The notes beneath the pieces are model-generated. The model saw only the letters and a list, made by a program, of their open reading frames with translations. It was not told the origin of the DNA and ran no database searches. Positions 31,157 to 40,086 of a DNA stretch of 64,000 nucleotides are shown here, one piece after another. Source of the DNA: Opitutia bacterium (GTDB lineage Bacteria; Verrucomicrobiota; Verrucomicrobiia; Opitutales; T3Sed10-336); NCBI GenBank assembly GCA_050506795.1, contig JBJHCF010000005.1:1-64000 (forward strand). The letters run 5' to 3'. Each line of letters begins with the position of its first letter. The stretch's first letter is position 1. A program made the position numbers and the translations under genes.

Positions 31157-32553
31157 GTCGTCCCTTCGAGCTGGTCCGCGAGGCTCGCGCGGAATTGTGA
31201 CAGATTGGCGACCTCACCGAGGGCGATGAGTTGATTGGCGATGTTGCCCACGGCGGTGCCTTCCAGCTTGAAGGAAACCACCGTCATACCGGCATGATTT
31301 GCGGTGGCCTGGCACAAGAGGCGGTTGCGCGAACCTCCGCCGACCACCAGCATCCGCTGAAAACGCCGACCGGTCAGTTTCTCAAAGGTCCTGGCGGCCT
31401 GGGCGTGGCCCGCTCCGAGCGATTCGCAGATGAGGCGGGTGTAGCCGGGAAGCGACGTCGGAGGTTTGATCGAACGTTTTTCAAGATGCGAGTCGACCGC
31501 TTCCTTCATCGAGGCCGGATTGAAGAAAGCAGGGTCGGTGACGTCGATCAGGTTCGCAGGAGCCGATTCGGCTTCGGCCGCCGCCACGAGTTCTTCCCAT
31601 TCCCGATCTGAGCGCGGTCGCTCGCGGAAAGCGGAAAGGGTCTGCTCCAGCAGCCAGAGCCCCATGATGTTGCGAATGGGACGGTAGCGGCCGTCCCCGA
31701 TACGCTCGTTGGCGACCGAGGCGGCTTGCGCTTCAGGCCCGATCACCGGTTCGTTCGATTCAAATCCAACCAGCGACCAGGTACCGCTGCTGAGGTAAAG
31801 ATCGGTTCCGCCCGGGTCCGCCGGCATGGCGTCGAATGCGCAGGCTGTGTCATGGCCGGGAACCAGGATAACCTCGGTCTTTTCCAGTTCGCCGATGTCG
31901 ACAACCGGTCCCAGTTTACGGCCCGCCTTGACCGGCCCTTCGAACCAGGATCCGGGGATGCCGAAAAAGTCGAGGGCTTCGGCCGAGTAATCCGTTCCGC
32001 GCACGTCCAGCAACTGGGTGCTGCTGGCGTTGGAGATCTCGTTCACCGCGGTTCCCGAGAGCAGGAAGTTGAAGTAGTCCGACAGCATGAGGCACCGCCG
32101 GGCGATTTCCGGCAGCGCCGGATACCGCTCGAGCAATTCCTGCAGTTGCAGACTGGTGTTGATCGCCTGGTTGGGAATGCCGGTCCAATCGTAGACCCGG
32201 TCGATGCCGTTCGCCGCCAGCTTCTCGACGTAGGGGAGCGTGCGCTCGTCCCGGTAGGCGTGCGCCGGGAAAACCAGCCGGCCATCGCCGTCCAGCAGCA
32301 CATGGTCCACCGCCCAGGTATCCACTCCGCAGGAGGCGAGCGCGGGAGCGATCTCCCGCGCTTTACGCAGGCCCTCGCGAATCCGCGAGTATAATCCCGG
32401 CACATCCCAGTAACAACTGCCGCGGACCTCATTAAAGCCGTTGGCGAAGCGGTGGGCTTCGTTAAGTTCCAGGCGTCCTTCGGAGTAATTCCCCACGATA
32501 ACGCGCCCGCTGGTGGCGCCCAGGTCGATGGCGGCGGTGTGAATGGTCTTCAT
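31141..32553 (-). CDS. rhaB: Rhamnulokinase (FGGY family)
   Basis: AIDLGATSGR, GVDTWAVD, HDTA, LSSGTWSL, NIMGLW, GGGSRN. Confidence 0.88.
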   Translation of the reverse strand: MKTIHTAAIDLGATSGRVIVGNYSEGRLELNEAHRFANGFNEVRGSCYWDVPGLYSRIREGLRKAREIAPALASCGVDTWAVDHVLLDGDGRLVFPAHAYRDERTLPYVEKLAANGIDRVYDWTGIPNQAINTSLQLQELLERYPALPEIARRCLMLSDYFNFLLSGTAVNEISNASSTQLLDVRGTDYSAEALDFFGIPGSWFEGPVKAGRKLGPVVDIGELEKTEVILVPGHDTACAFDAMPADPGGTDLYLSSGTWSLVGFESNEPVIGPEAQAASVANERIGDGRYRPIRNIMGLWLLEQTLSAFRERPRSDREWEELVAAAEAESAPANLIDVTDPAFFNPASMKEAVDSHLEKRSIKPPTSLPGYTRLICESLGAGHAQAARTFEKLTGRRFQRMLVVGGGSRNRLLCQATANHAGMTVVSFKLEGTAVGNIANQLIALGEVANLSQFRASLADQLEGTTYEPA

Positions 32554-32605
32554 ATCGAGTTGAGTCGCAATGTGAATGAAGGATGATAGGCAGAGGCTTT
32601 CGACC

Positions 32606-33805
32606 CTAGAAGCGCGTGCCCAGCATGTCCACAATACACTTGCCGATGTTAAGGGCCGCAGTGGCGGCGGGGGAGGGAGCATTGCAGACGTTGATGATGT
32701 TTTTTGATTCCCGGATGAGGAAGTCGTCGGCCATGGCGCCGTCTGGGGTAACCGCCTGGGCGCGCACTCCGGCGGGCGCCGGATCCAGGTGGAATACCTC
32801 GATTTCGGGCACCAGACGTTGCAGGGCATTGACAAAGGCGCGCTTGCTGAACGAGCGTAACATCTCCCCTGCGCCCACCCTCCAGTAGCGGGTCGCGAGT
32901 TTGAGAAATCCCGGGTAGGTCAGGGTTTCAGTAAGGTCGCGAAAATTGATGTCGGACTTGCGATACCCCTCACGGGCGAACGCCAGCACCGCGTTGGGCC
33001 CACATTCCACCCCGCCGTGAATCATGCGGGTGAAGTGAACGCCCAAAAAGGGAAACTCTGGATTCGGCACCGGGTAGATGAGGTGGTTCACCAATCGATG
33101 GGCTTCCGGTTTGATGGTGTAGTATTCGCCGCGGAAGGGGATGACTTTCATGCCGGGTTCGACTCCTCCCATCGCGGTGATGCGGTCGGATTGCAGGCCG
33201 GCGCAGTTGACCAGGAACCGAGTTTCGAAATCGCCGGACGTCGTTTCCAATATCAAGCCGTTTCCTTCGTGACGAATGGACCGGACTTCCGCTCGGTATA
33301 CGGTCCGGTTGCCGTTGTGCTGCTCGACCCGCTGCGTCAGGCGTTCGCACACCTGGCCGTAATCGACAATCCCGGCTTCGGGAACGTGGATAGCTTGTAT
33401 GCCGGCGGCGTGTGGTTCGAGTTCACGGAGCCTTTCCGGACCGATCTTTTCGCATTGCACGCCGTTTGCGCGCCCGCGTTGGTGGATCTTCTCCAGAGCG
33501 GGAAGCTCCTTTTCTGAAAGGGCCACGATCACTTTGCCACAGATTTCGTGACGAATGCCTTCGTCGCGGCAGAAAGCTTCCATCGCCTTCTTGCCTTCGC
33601 GGCAATTGATCGCTTTCAGGGATCCCGGCTTGTAATAGATCCCTGAATGAAGCACCCCCGAATTGTGGCCGGTCTGGTGGCTTCCCGGTCCCTCCTCCTT
33701 GTCAAGTACCGTGATCTTAAGCTCTGGGTGCGCCCTCGTCAGACGATAGGCAGTGGCCAGGCCGACAATGCCGGCGCCGATGATGACAACGTCAGAGGAT
33801 TCCAT
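32606..33805 (-). CDS. lhgO: L-2-hydroxyglutarate oxidase
   Basis: GAGIVG, HQTGHNSGVLHSGIYY, YPVP..FPFLGVHFT, NAPSPAATA. Confidence 0.95.
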   Translation of the reverse strand: MESSDVVIIGAGIVGLATAYRLTRAHPELKITVLDKEEGPGSHQTGHNSGVLHSGIYYKPGSLKAINCREGKKAMEAFCRDEGIRHEICGKVIVALSEKELPALEKIHQRGRANGVQCEKIGPERLRELEPHAAGIQAIHVPEAGIVDYGQVCERLTQRVEQHNGNRTVYRAEVRSIRHEGNGLILETTSGDFETRFLVNCAGLQSDRITAMGGVEPGMKVIPFRGEYYTIKPEAHRLVNHLIYPVPNPEFPFLGVHFTRMIHGGVECGPNAVLAFAREGYRKSDINFRDLTETLTYPGFLKLATRYWRVGAGEMLRSFSKRAFVNALQRLVPEIEVFHLDPAPAGVRAQAVTPDGAMADDFLIRESKNIINVCNAPSPAATAALNIGKCIVDMLGTRF

Positions 33806-33812
33806 GGACGTA

Positions 33813-34199
33813 TTACTCGCGGAACCGCCGGTCCCAGTCGTATTCGCGAGCGGTGACGGTTGTCTCCATGCGCTGGATACGGCGGTCCAGGCTGTCGAAT
33901 GTCCGCTTCAGGCGGGCCAGGGCGATTTTCCGGGAATGCGAAAAGGAGTGGTAGAATTCGAAGTCGTCGTCGTTTCGCAGGGACAGAACGGGCTCCGGTT
34001 TCATCAGCAGGGCCGCCGCCAGGTAGAGAAGGACGGCCGGCCAGATACTCGTCACCAGGACCAACACCACGGCTATGACCCGGACCCAGAAGACGGGAAT
34101 GTCGCGAGACTCGGCGATGCCCCGGCAGACCCCCAGGATCCAGCCGCGGCGGGAGCGGTAAAAGGCGTGATCGTCAAATGTGGTTGTTTTGTCACTCAT
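33813..34199 (-). CDS. pspC: Phage shock protein C
   Basis: YRSRRGWILGVCRGIAE PspC domain; C-terminal RIQRME..VT coiled coil. Confidence 0.9.
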   Translation of the reverse strand: MSDKTTTFDDHAFYRSRRGWILGVCRGIAESRDIPVFWVRVIAVVLVLVTSIWPAVLLYLAAALLMKPEPVLSLRNDDDFEFYHSFSHSRKIALARLKRTFDSLDRRIQRMETTVTAREYDWDRRFRE

Positions 34200-34590
34200 G
34201 GCTCTTCCTGTGGGTTGGTTTTTCCATTAATAGGGTTTCCAGTGCATCCACCCGCTCCTCCATCCGGCGAAGGCCCCGGTGAAGCTCCTGGATGAGACGG
34301 GTTTCCTCCAGATCCGATTGGCCTCCGCGTCCGGTCCCGTCGCCTTTCAGGATCTTCAGGGCGGCCAGAAATATGCCTCCGATGACCGCGGCCAACGGGA
34401 TGGCGAAAATCATTAGAATGGTGAGGGATGGTACGGTATTCATGTTTAAGGTTCCGTGTTGAGGTGTGATCCCGGGAAGGTCGACGACATAAGAGGCGCT
34501 GCCGGACACCGCCATGATCGGAATAAAGAGAAGCGGCGCCAGGAAGCACAGGGCAAAGAAGACGAGGATCGCTGAAAGGAAGACGCGCAT
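34192..34590 (-). CDS. pspB: PspB-like membrane protein (alternative start at 34443)
   Basis: TM helix followed by RMEERVDALETLL; lies between pspA and pspC. Confidence 0.7.
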   Translation of the reverse strand: MRVFLSAILVFFALCFLAPLLFIPIMAVSGSASYVVDLPGITPQHGTLNMNTVPSLTILMIFAIPLAAVIGGIFLAALKILKGDGTGRGGQSDLEETRLIQELHRGLRRMEERVDALETLLMEKPTHRKSHE

Positions 34591-34712
34591 GGCGGTGTTG
34601 CGTTCGGGTTGAAGGCCACTCCACAGTGTGAATCATAATGCCTCGGCGTCGGAGTACAATGCGAATTGCATTCGAGTTGATCCGGTTGCGCGAGAGTGCT
34701 TGAACGTCACCT

Positions 34713-35408
34713 TCAGTCCGCCGATTTCTCCGTCCGGTCTTCGGTCCCACGCTCCCGGCGCAAGGCGGCCAACTCCTTTTCGATCTCCTCGTCGCTCTCC
34801 AGGTCGGCGAAGCGGTCCTCCAGCGATTCGCCTCTGGATTTGCGGCCGTAGTTGATCAGGCCGGCTTCGGCTTCCATCCGTTCGACCCGGCTCTCGAATT
34901 TATCGAAACGCAGCATGGCGTCGGCCGAGTCGAAGCGCCGGATTTCACCCTCGGCCCGCCGTTTCTTGCGGGCGTGAATATGGCGTTGAATGAGGATGCG
35001 TTGCTTCTCCTTGGCGGTGTTGAGTTTTTCCTCAAGCTGAATGATTTCCGACTGATACTGATCGATCAGGGCGTCGCACTCGGCGGCTTCGTTTTCCAGG
35101 GAGGTCGCCTGATCGTTGAAACGCCGCTTTTCCAGGAGCGCTTCGCGGGCCAGGTCCTCCCGTCCTTTGTCGACGGCGAGAGCGGCCTTGCGGCCCCATT
35201 TTTCCGCCTGACCCTGGGCTTCCTCGAAAGCCCTCCCGGTGCGTTTGCGCTGCGCCATGACTCCGGCACAGGATGCTTTGATTTCCACCAGAGTGTCCTC
35301 CATCTCCTGGATCATCAATTTGATCATCTTTTCCGGATCCTCTGCCTTATCCAACATGGCGTTGAGGTTGGCGCTGATGATGTCGCGAAAACGTGTGAAT
35401 ATTCCCAT
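34713..35408 (-). CDS. pspA: Phage shock protein A
   Basis: MGIFTRFRDIISANLNAMLDKAEDPEKMIKLMIQEMEDTLVE. Confidence 0.97.
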   Translation of the reverse strand: MGIFTRFRDIISANLNAMLDKAEDPEKMIKLMIQEMEDTLVEIKASCAGVMAQRKRTGRAFEEAQGQAEKWGRKAALAVDKGREDLAREALLEKRRFNDQATSLENEAAECDALIDQYQSEIIQLEEKLNTAKEKQRILIQRHIHARKKRRAEGEIRRFDSADAMLRFDKFESRVERMEAEAGLINYGRKSRGESLEDRFADLESDEEIEKELAALRRERGTEDRTEKSAD

Positions 35409-35446
35409 GGCTCAATCCTTTCTTTGCAGGTTTGACTTCAGGTAAC

Positions 35447-35462
35447 GCAAACCGCGTGCCAA
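35447..35462 (-). promoter_or_regulatory. Sigma54 (-24/-12) promoter of pspA
   Basis: Minus strand TTGGCACGCGGTTTGC (GG-N10-GC); divergent pspF. Confidence 0.92.
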
Positions 35463-35492
35463 CGAAATAAGCCAGGAAGTTATGTTGTTTTT

Positions 35493-35505
35493 ATTCAATG
35501 ATTAA
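35493..35505. promoter_or_regulatory. IHF-like site
   Basis: ATTCAATGATTAA in an AT-rich tract upstream of the sigma54 box; a similar site occurs at dnaK. Confidence 0.5.
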
Positions 35506-35567
35506 AGGATCTCACAAAAAACCGGAATAGGTTGATAATGCTTGATATTGGTGGAAAAACCCAAAGA

Positions 35568-36644
35568 ATGGCGAGAATGCCCGAATCAAGTGTCAGGTTT
35601 GGCGCCGGGGAGCGGCTGCTGGGAGAATCGGAGATTTTTCTGGAGTTCCAACAGCGATTGTCGCGTGTGGCGCCGATCGACCGCCCGGTGTTGCTGGTGG
35701 GAGAACGTGGCACGGGTAAGGAGTTGGCAGCGGCGCGTTTGCACTATCTATCGCAACGGTGGGAAGGTCCGTTGGTCGCGTTGAACTGTGCCGCCCTGGC
35801 GCCGTCGGTCCTGGAGTCTGAGTTGTTCGGCCATGAGGCGGGTGCCTTTACCGGGGCGGTTCGGCGTCGGCAGGGACGTTTCGAGGCGGCGAACGGGGGA
35901 ACCCTGTTTCTCGATGAGATCGGGCAGATTCCCATGGAGGTGCAGGAGAAAATCTTGCGGGTGGTGGAGTACCAGCGTTTTGAGCGTGTCGGCGGTTCGC
36001 ATCCGGTGGAGGTCGACGTGCGTTTGCTGGCCGCCACCAATGTGGACCTTGCGGCTCTGGCGGCAAGGGGACGCTTCAAGCGGGACCTTCTCGACCGCCT
36101 GGCTTTTGAGGTGCTTTTTCTGCCGCCGTTGCGTCTGCGTACCGGTGATCTCGAACTGCTGGCCAATCATTTCGCGGTGCGCATGGCTCGGGAAATAGGC
36201 CGTCCGGGGGTACCGGAGTTGGGCGAGGATGCCTTGCGGTCGCTCCGATCCTACGATTGGCCGGGGAACGTGCGTGAACTCAAGAACGTGGTTGAGCGCG
36301 CAGTGGCTCGCGCCCAATCGCCGTTGATTGAACAGATTGCCTTTGACCCGTTTGAAGCGCCGTTCGAAACAAGACTGGAGCCGGGCGAGGTACGGGGGGT
36401 GAGGGACGAGGGGCGAGGGGTGAGGGACGAGGGGCGTGGGACGGGCGGCGAGGGGCGAGGGGTGAGGGATGAGTTACGGGGGGTGAGTCTGCCTCAGGCG
36501 GTGCGGGATCTGGAACTGCGGATGTTGAAGGGGGCTTTGAAAGAAGCCCGGTTCAACCAGCGTCGGGCTGCCGAGCTTCTGGGGCTCACCTATCATCAGT
36601 TCCGCGGATTGTATCGCAAATTCCGTGATACGCTGGAAGAGTAG
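35568..36644 (+). CDS. pspF: Phage shock operon sigma54 activator PspF
   Basis: GERGTGKE, ESELFGHEAGAFTGA, WPGNVRELKNVVER, C-terminal HTH FNQRRAAELLGLTYHQFR. Confidence 0.95.
   Translation: MARMPESSVRFGAGERLLGESEIFLEFQQRLSRVAPIDRPVLLVGERGTGKELAAARLHYLSQRWEGPLVALNCAALAPSVLESELFGHEAGAFTGAVRRRQGRFEAANGGTLFLDEIGQIPMEVQEKILRVVEYQRFERVGGSHPVEVDVRLLAATNVDLAALAARGRFKRDLLDRLAFEVLFLPPLRLRTGDLELLANHFAVRMAREIGRPGVPELGEDALRSLRSYDWPGNVRELKNVVERAVARAQSPLIEQIAFDPFEAPFETRLEPGEVRGVRDEGRGVRDEGRGTGGEGRGVRDELRGVSLPQAVRDLELRMLKGALKEARFNQRRAAELLGLTYHQFRGLYRKFRDTLEE
36387..36484 (+). repeat. 14-unit heptamer tandem array (consensus GAGGGRY) inside pspF
   Basis: GAGGTAC GGGGGGT GAGGGAC GAGGGGC GAGGGGT ... GAGTTAC GGGGGGT; encodes GRGVRDE repeats. 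Confidence 0.9.
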
Positions 36645-36692
36645 GGAAACCGGCTCGGAGTTCTTCGTTCACGATTAAAGCCCGGCTCCATT

Positions 36693-36730
36693 AACCCAGA
36701 ACCCAGAACAAAGAACCAGGAACCAAGAAC
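36693..36730 (+). repeat. Heptamer tandem array (AACCNAG-like x5)
   Basis: AACCCAG AACCCAG AACAAAG AACCAGG AACCAAG AAC. Confidence 0.85.
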
Positions 36731-37747
36731 CTACTCTTCCAGAAACGTGGACTGACGGGGACCGGAGGGCGGGGCGGGGTCGTCCTGGATGTGGCGCGGC
36801 GGGCGGCCGATGCGTTCGGAAACGGCGTACTCGCGTTCCCGTACGATGCGGTCGCAGATCTGGCGGACGTGGGTTTTGAGCCACATGTGGGTGTCGCTTT
36901 TGGGACGGTAGTCGGCGCGCCCGTAGGAATCCACCCGCCCGGTGCGCAGCAAGGCGTCGTTTTGGGCGAATTCGGCTTCATTGCCGGATTCGTAAACCGC
37001 GTAGGCCCGGCCTCCGCTTTTGCGCACCACGCTGAAGACCGGGACGTCGCTGGGTCCGTCGGCGATGTAGATCATGTTTTTGATCGGCACCCGGCGGTCT
37101 TCGGGGGCGACCCGGGAATTGACGTCGATTTCGGGGTTCTTGTTGGTGCCTTTGTTGATTTCGAAGATGAAGCGCGTCTTGATGGTGTTGTCCACCATGA
37201 ACCCGACCTGGCTGACTTCCGCCTCGGCGTCTTCGTCGAATAGCTCCGGCTGTTTGAGATAGCCGGGAGGAGGAGGGTTTTCGATCAGTTCGCAGCCGTA
37301 AATGTTTTCAATGTGCTCCGCGATCCGGCTGCCCCGGATCATCGCCGCGAGGCCGGTGGAAATGATGTAGTGTTCCAGCTTGATGTCGTGCTTGCGGTAT
37401 TCCTCCTGTTCACGGGTCACATTCCTGAGGGTTTGGAGGAACTCCGGCATGCCGGGAAAGAACTCCAGTTCCGCCCCGAGCTTGCGCAACAGAGCGTTGT
37501 TCAGGCCTTTGAAGATGCCGGCGCGGACACAGGTCAGGAGGTGGTTGAGGTAAACCGTTTCCCCGGAAACCCGTTGGCCCATACGGGCGAAGTGCTCCGG
37601 CAGGGTGTTGACCTCTTTCCAGAAGTTTTTTTCGTCCACCCCGAAGTGCTGAAACAAAGGGCGTTGCATATACCCCGGAATAAGGGTCCGGTCGAAATCC
37701 CAGATGCAGGCGATGATATTGGGTCGATGGAGTGTTTCTTCGCTCAT
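36731..37747 (-). CDS. HAD-superfamily hydrolase
   Basis: WDFDRTL motif I; ISTG; IADGPSDVP motif IV. Confidence 0.85.
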   Translation of the reverse strand: MSEETLHRPNIIACIWDFDRTLIPGYMQRPLFQHFGVDEKNFWKEVNTLPEHFARMGQRVSGETVYLNHLLTCVRAGIFKGLNNALLRKLGAELEFFPGMPEFLQTLRNVTREQEEYRKHDIKLEHYIISTGLAAMIRGSRIAEHIENIYGCELIENPPPPGYLKQPELFDEDAEAEVSQVGFMVDNTIKTRFIFEINKGTNKNPEIDVNSRVAPEDRRVPIKNMIYIADGPSDVPVFSVVRKSGGRAYAVYESGNEAEFAQNDALLRTGRVDSYGRADYRPKSDTHMWLKTHVRQICDRIVREREYAVSERIGRPPRHIQDDPAPPSGPRQSTFLEE

Positions 37748-37830
37748 ATCGGAATTCACCCGGCATGGGTGAACATGTCGGGAGTTTCTCCGTTCCGCGA
37801 CCCGAGATCAAGGGCGAAGCGGAGTTGCGG

Positions 37831-37875
37831 ATTTAACCAATCTGTAACACGGAGCAATCGTTCTTGTGGTATAAC
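37831..37875 (+). promoter_or_regulatory. Putative PHO box and extended -10
   Basis: 11-bp-spaced half sites ATTTAAC (37831) and CTGTAAC (37842); TGGTATAAC at 37867-37875; CTGTCAT at 37892. Confidence 0.6.
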
Positions 37876-37956
37876 TTAAGGACGGAGTAAACTGTCATGA
37901 TTGTCGAAAAGGCTATGCCGGAGATGATTTCGGGCGTCGGGGTAAAGGATCCCAGG

Positions 37957-38658
37957 ATGATGAAAGAGGACAAGCCATTTAAGGTGCTGGTGGTTGACGA
38001 CGAAGAGGACGTCACGGAATTGGTCAGTTATCACCTGATCGCCAAAGGGTACCGGGTGCGGGCTCTTAACGACCCCAATCTGGTCCTCGAGGAGTCCCGC
38101 CGATTCGAGCCGGACATTGTCATTCTCGACGTCATGATGCCGGGGCTGAGCGGCGTTCAGCTTTGCCGGCTGCTGCGGGCCGATCGCAAACTGAAGGACG
38201 TGCCGGTGCTTTTCCTGACCGCCAGGACGGAGGAGGGCGACCGTATCGCCGGCCTGGAAGCCGGGGCCGACGACTACATCTGTAAGCCTTTCAGTCCCCG
38301 GGAACTCGTGTTGCGGGTGCAGGGCTTTTTGCGTCGTTCCTCCCGGGGCGGAAGTGAATCGGATCGGATTCTGAGCGCGGGGAAAATCTCGGTGGATGTC
38401 GAGCGATACGAGGTCCAGGTCGAGGGTGTGCCGGTCGAATTGACCGCCACGGAGTTCCGTTTGCTCAGCTTGTTGATCGAACGAAAAGGCAGGGTGCAAA
38501 GTCGCGAACAGCTTTTGGCCAACGTGTGGAATTACGACGAGGAAATGGAAACCCGCACCGTGGACACCCATATCCGCAGGATCCGTGAGAAACTGGGCTC
38601 CGAGGCCGGCATCATCGACACGGTGCGCGGCGTCGGTTACCGGGTGGTCGAACGTTGA
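37957..38658 (+). CDS. phoB: OmpR/PhoB-family response regulator (PhoB-like); start uncertain (37897-37960)
   Basis: VVDDE, LDVMMP, LTAR, GADDYICKPF, TRTVDTHIRR, VRGVGY. Confidence 0.8.
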   Translation: MMKEDKPFKVLVVDDEEDVTELVSYHLIAKGYRVRALNDPNLVLEESRRFEPDIVILDVMMPGLSGVQLCRLLRADRKLKDVPVLFLTARTEEGDRIAGLEAGADDYICKPFSPRELVLRVQGFLRRSSRGGSESDRILSAGKISVDVERYEVQVEGVPVELTATEFRLLSLLIERKGRVQSREQLLANVWNYDEEMETRTVDTHIRRIREKLGSEAGIIDTVRGVGYRVVER

Positions 38659-38695
38659 CCGGGCCTCCTTCCCGGGTTAGCGTTCGAGGCATCAC

Positions 38696-40033
38696 ATGTC
38701 TTCTTTTGTCGTTGTCCTCTTGATCCTCGCCCTGGGGGCATCCCTCTGGACCCTGTTGGCTCAGCGACGGTTTATTCGGCACCTTTCCGAAGCCATCGCC
38801 AACGATCAGGCCTTGCTGCGGGCAACCGAGCAGGGGTTTTACCGCAATCGGTTCTGGAACCGGTTTCGACTGCAGGTGAACACCCTGATCGACGAATTGA
38901 AACATGTGCGCTCCGATCGTGCGATGCAGATCGGCCAGTTGCAGGCCACCCTGGAAAGCATCCGTGAAGCGGTGCTTATCCTGGACGGGGACAACCGAAT
39001 CGTCCTGGCCAATGACGCCTTGAGGGAGCTTTTTTGTCCGCCGGGGAAGGAGATCCTCGGGCGGCGTGTTGAAACCGTGCTTAAGAGCGCGATCTTTCTC
39101 GCCTATATCTCTGATGCCAGGCAGGCCGGTGGCGGCGCTCAGACCGAAATTGAATTTCAGCTTGAGGACCGTTCCACTTGGGCCGAGGTGACCTGTTCCG
39201 TTATTCCGGATTTCAGGGACGACGAATCGGGTTCGATGCTTTTTGTGCTGCATAACATCACCCGGCTCAAACACCTGGAGTCCATGCGCAAGGAGTTTGT
39301 CGCCAACGTATCCCACGAACTGCGCACGCCCTTGAGCATGATCAAGGGCTATGTCGAAACCCTGGTGGACGGCGGCGCTGAAGTGGCGGAAAAGGACCGG
39401 GAGCGCTTCCTCAAGACCATTCAGAAGCACACCGAACGGTTGCACGCGCTTTTGGAGGATCTTCTCACCTTGTCCCGCCTGGAAGGCCGGCGCGAGCAAT
39501 TGGTCAAAAAGGCGGTGGCGCTTGGACGTCTGGCGGAGGAGGTCGCGGAAAACTACCGCGAGGCCGGTTTGCTGACTGGGGACTCACTGCGGCTCGATTT
39601 CGAGTCCGGGAGCCCTACCGTTTTCGGCGATTCCGCTCGTCTGACCCAAGTGCTGGAAAACCTGATCGACAACGCCATCAAGTACTCTTCCGGTGATCCG
39701 AAACTCGAGATCGGCGCGCGGGAGGATGGCGAGTTCGCCCGAGTCTGGGTCAAGGACAACGGTGTCGGCATCTCGCGCGGCGACCTGTCCCATATCTTCG
39801 AGCGTTTCTACCGGGTGGACAAGGGTCGTTCGCGGGAGCAGGGCGGTACCGGCCTCGGCCTGAGCATCGTCAAACACATCGTCCAGCTCCACGGCGGCAA
39901 GGTTTGGGCGGAAAGCACGCTTGGGGTCGGTACGACCTTCGTTTTCCAGGTGCCGCTGTTCCGGGAGGATCTTTCCGTCGGAGCGAAGGAGCCGGCGGCC
40001 GGTGAAACCGGCGAATCACAAGACATTCGGTAG
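38696..40033 (+). CDS. phoR: PAS sensor histidine kinase, PhoR-like
   Basis: RKEFVANVSHELRTPL, FERFYRVDKGRSREQGGTGLGLSIVKH. Confidence 0.85.
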   Translation: MSSFVVVLLILALGASLWTLLAQRRFIRHLSEAIANDQALLRATEQGFYRNRFWNRFRLQVNTLIDELKHVRSDRAMQIGQLQATLESIREAVLILDGDNRIVLANDALRELFCPPGKEILGRRVETVLKSAIFLAYISDARQAGGGAQTEIEFQLEDRSTWAEVTCSVIPDFRDDESGSMLFVLHNITRLKHLESMRKEFVANVSHELRTPLSMIKGYVETLVDGGAEVAEKDRERFLKTIQKHTERLHALLEDLLTLSRLEGRREQLVKKAVALGRLAEEVAENYREAGLLTGDSLRLDFESGSPTVFGDSARLTQVLENLIDNAIKYSSGDPKLEIGAREDGEFARVWVKDNGVGISRGDLSHIFERFYRVDKGRSREQGGTGLGLSIVKHIVQLHGGKVWAESTLGVGTTFVFQVPLFREDLSVGAKEPAAGETGESQDIR

Positions 40034-40086
40034 GCCGCCGCCCGGCCCGATTGCGACCGAGAAACTTCCCGCCTGCGGAGGCCGCT

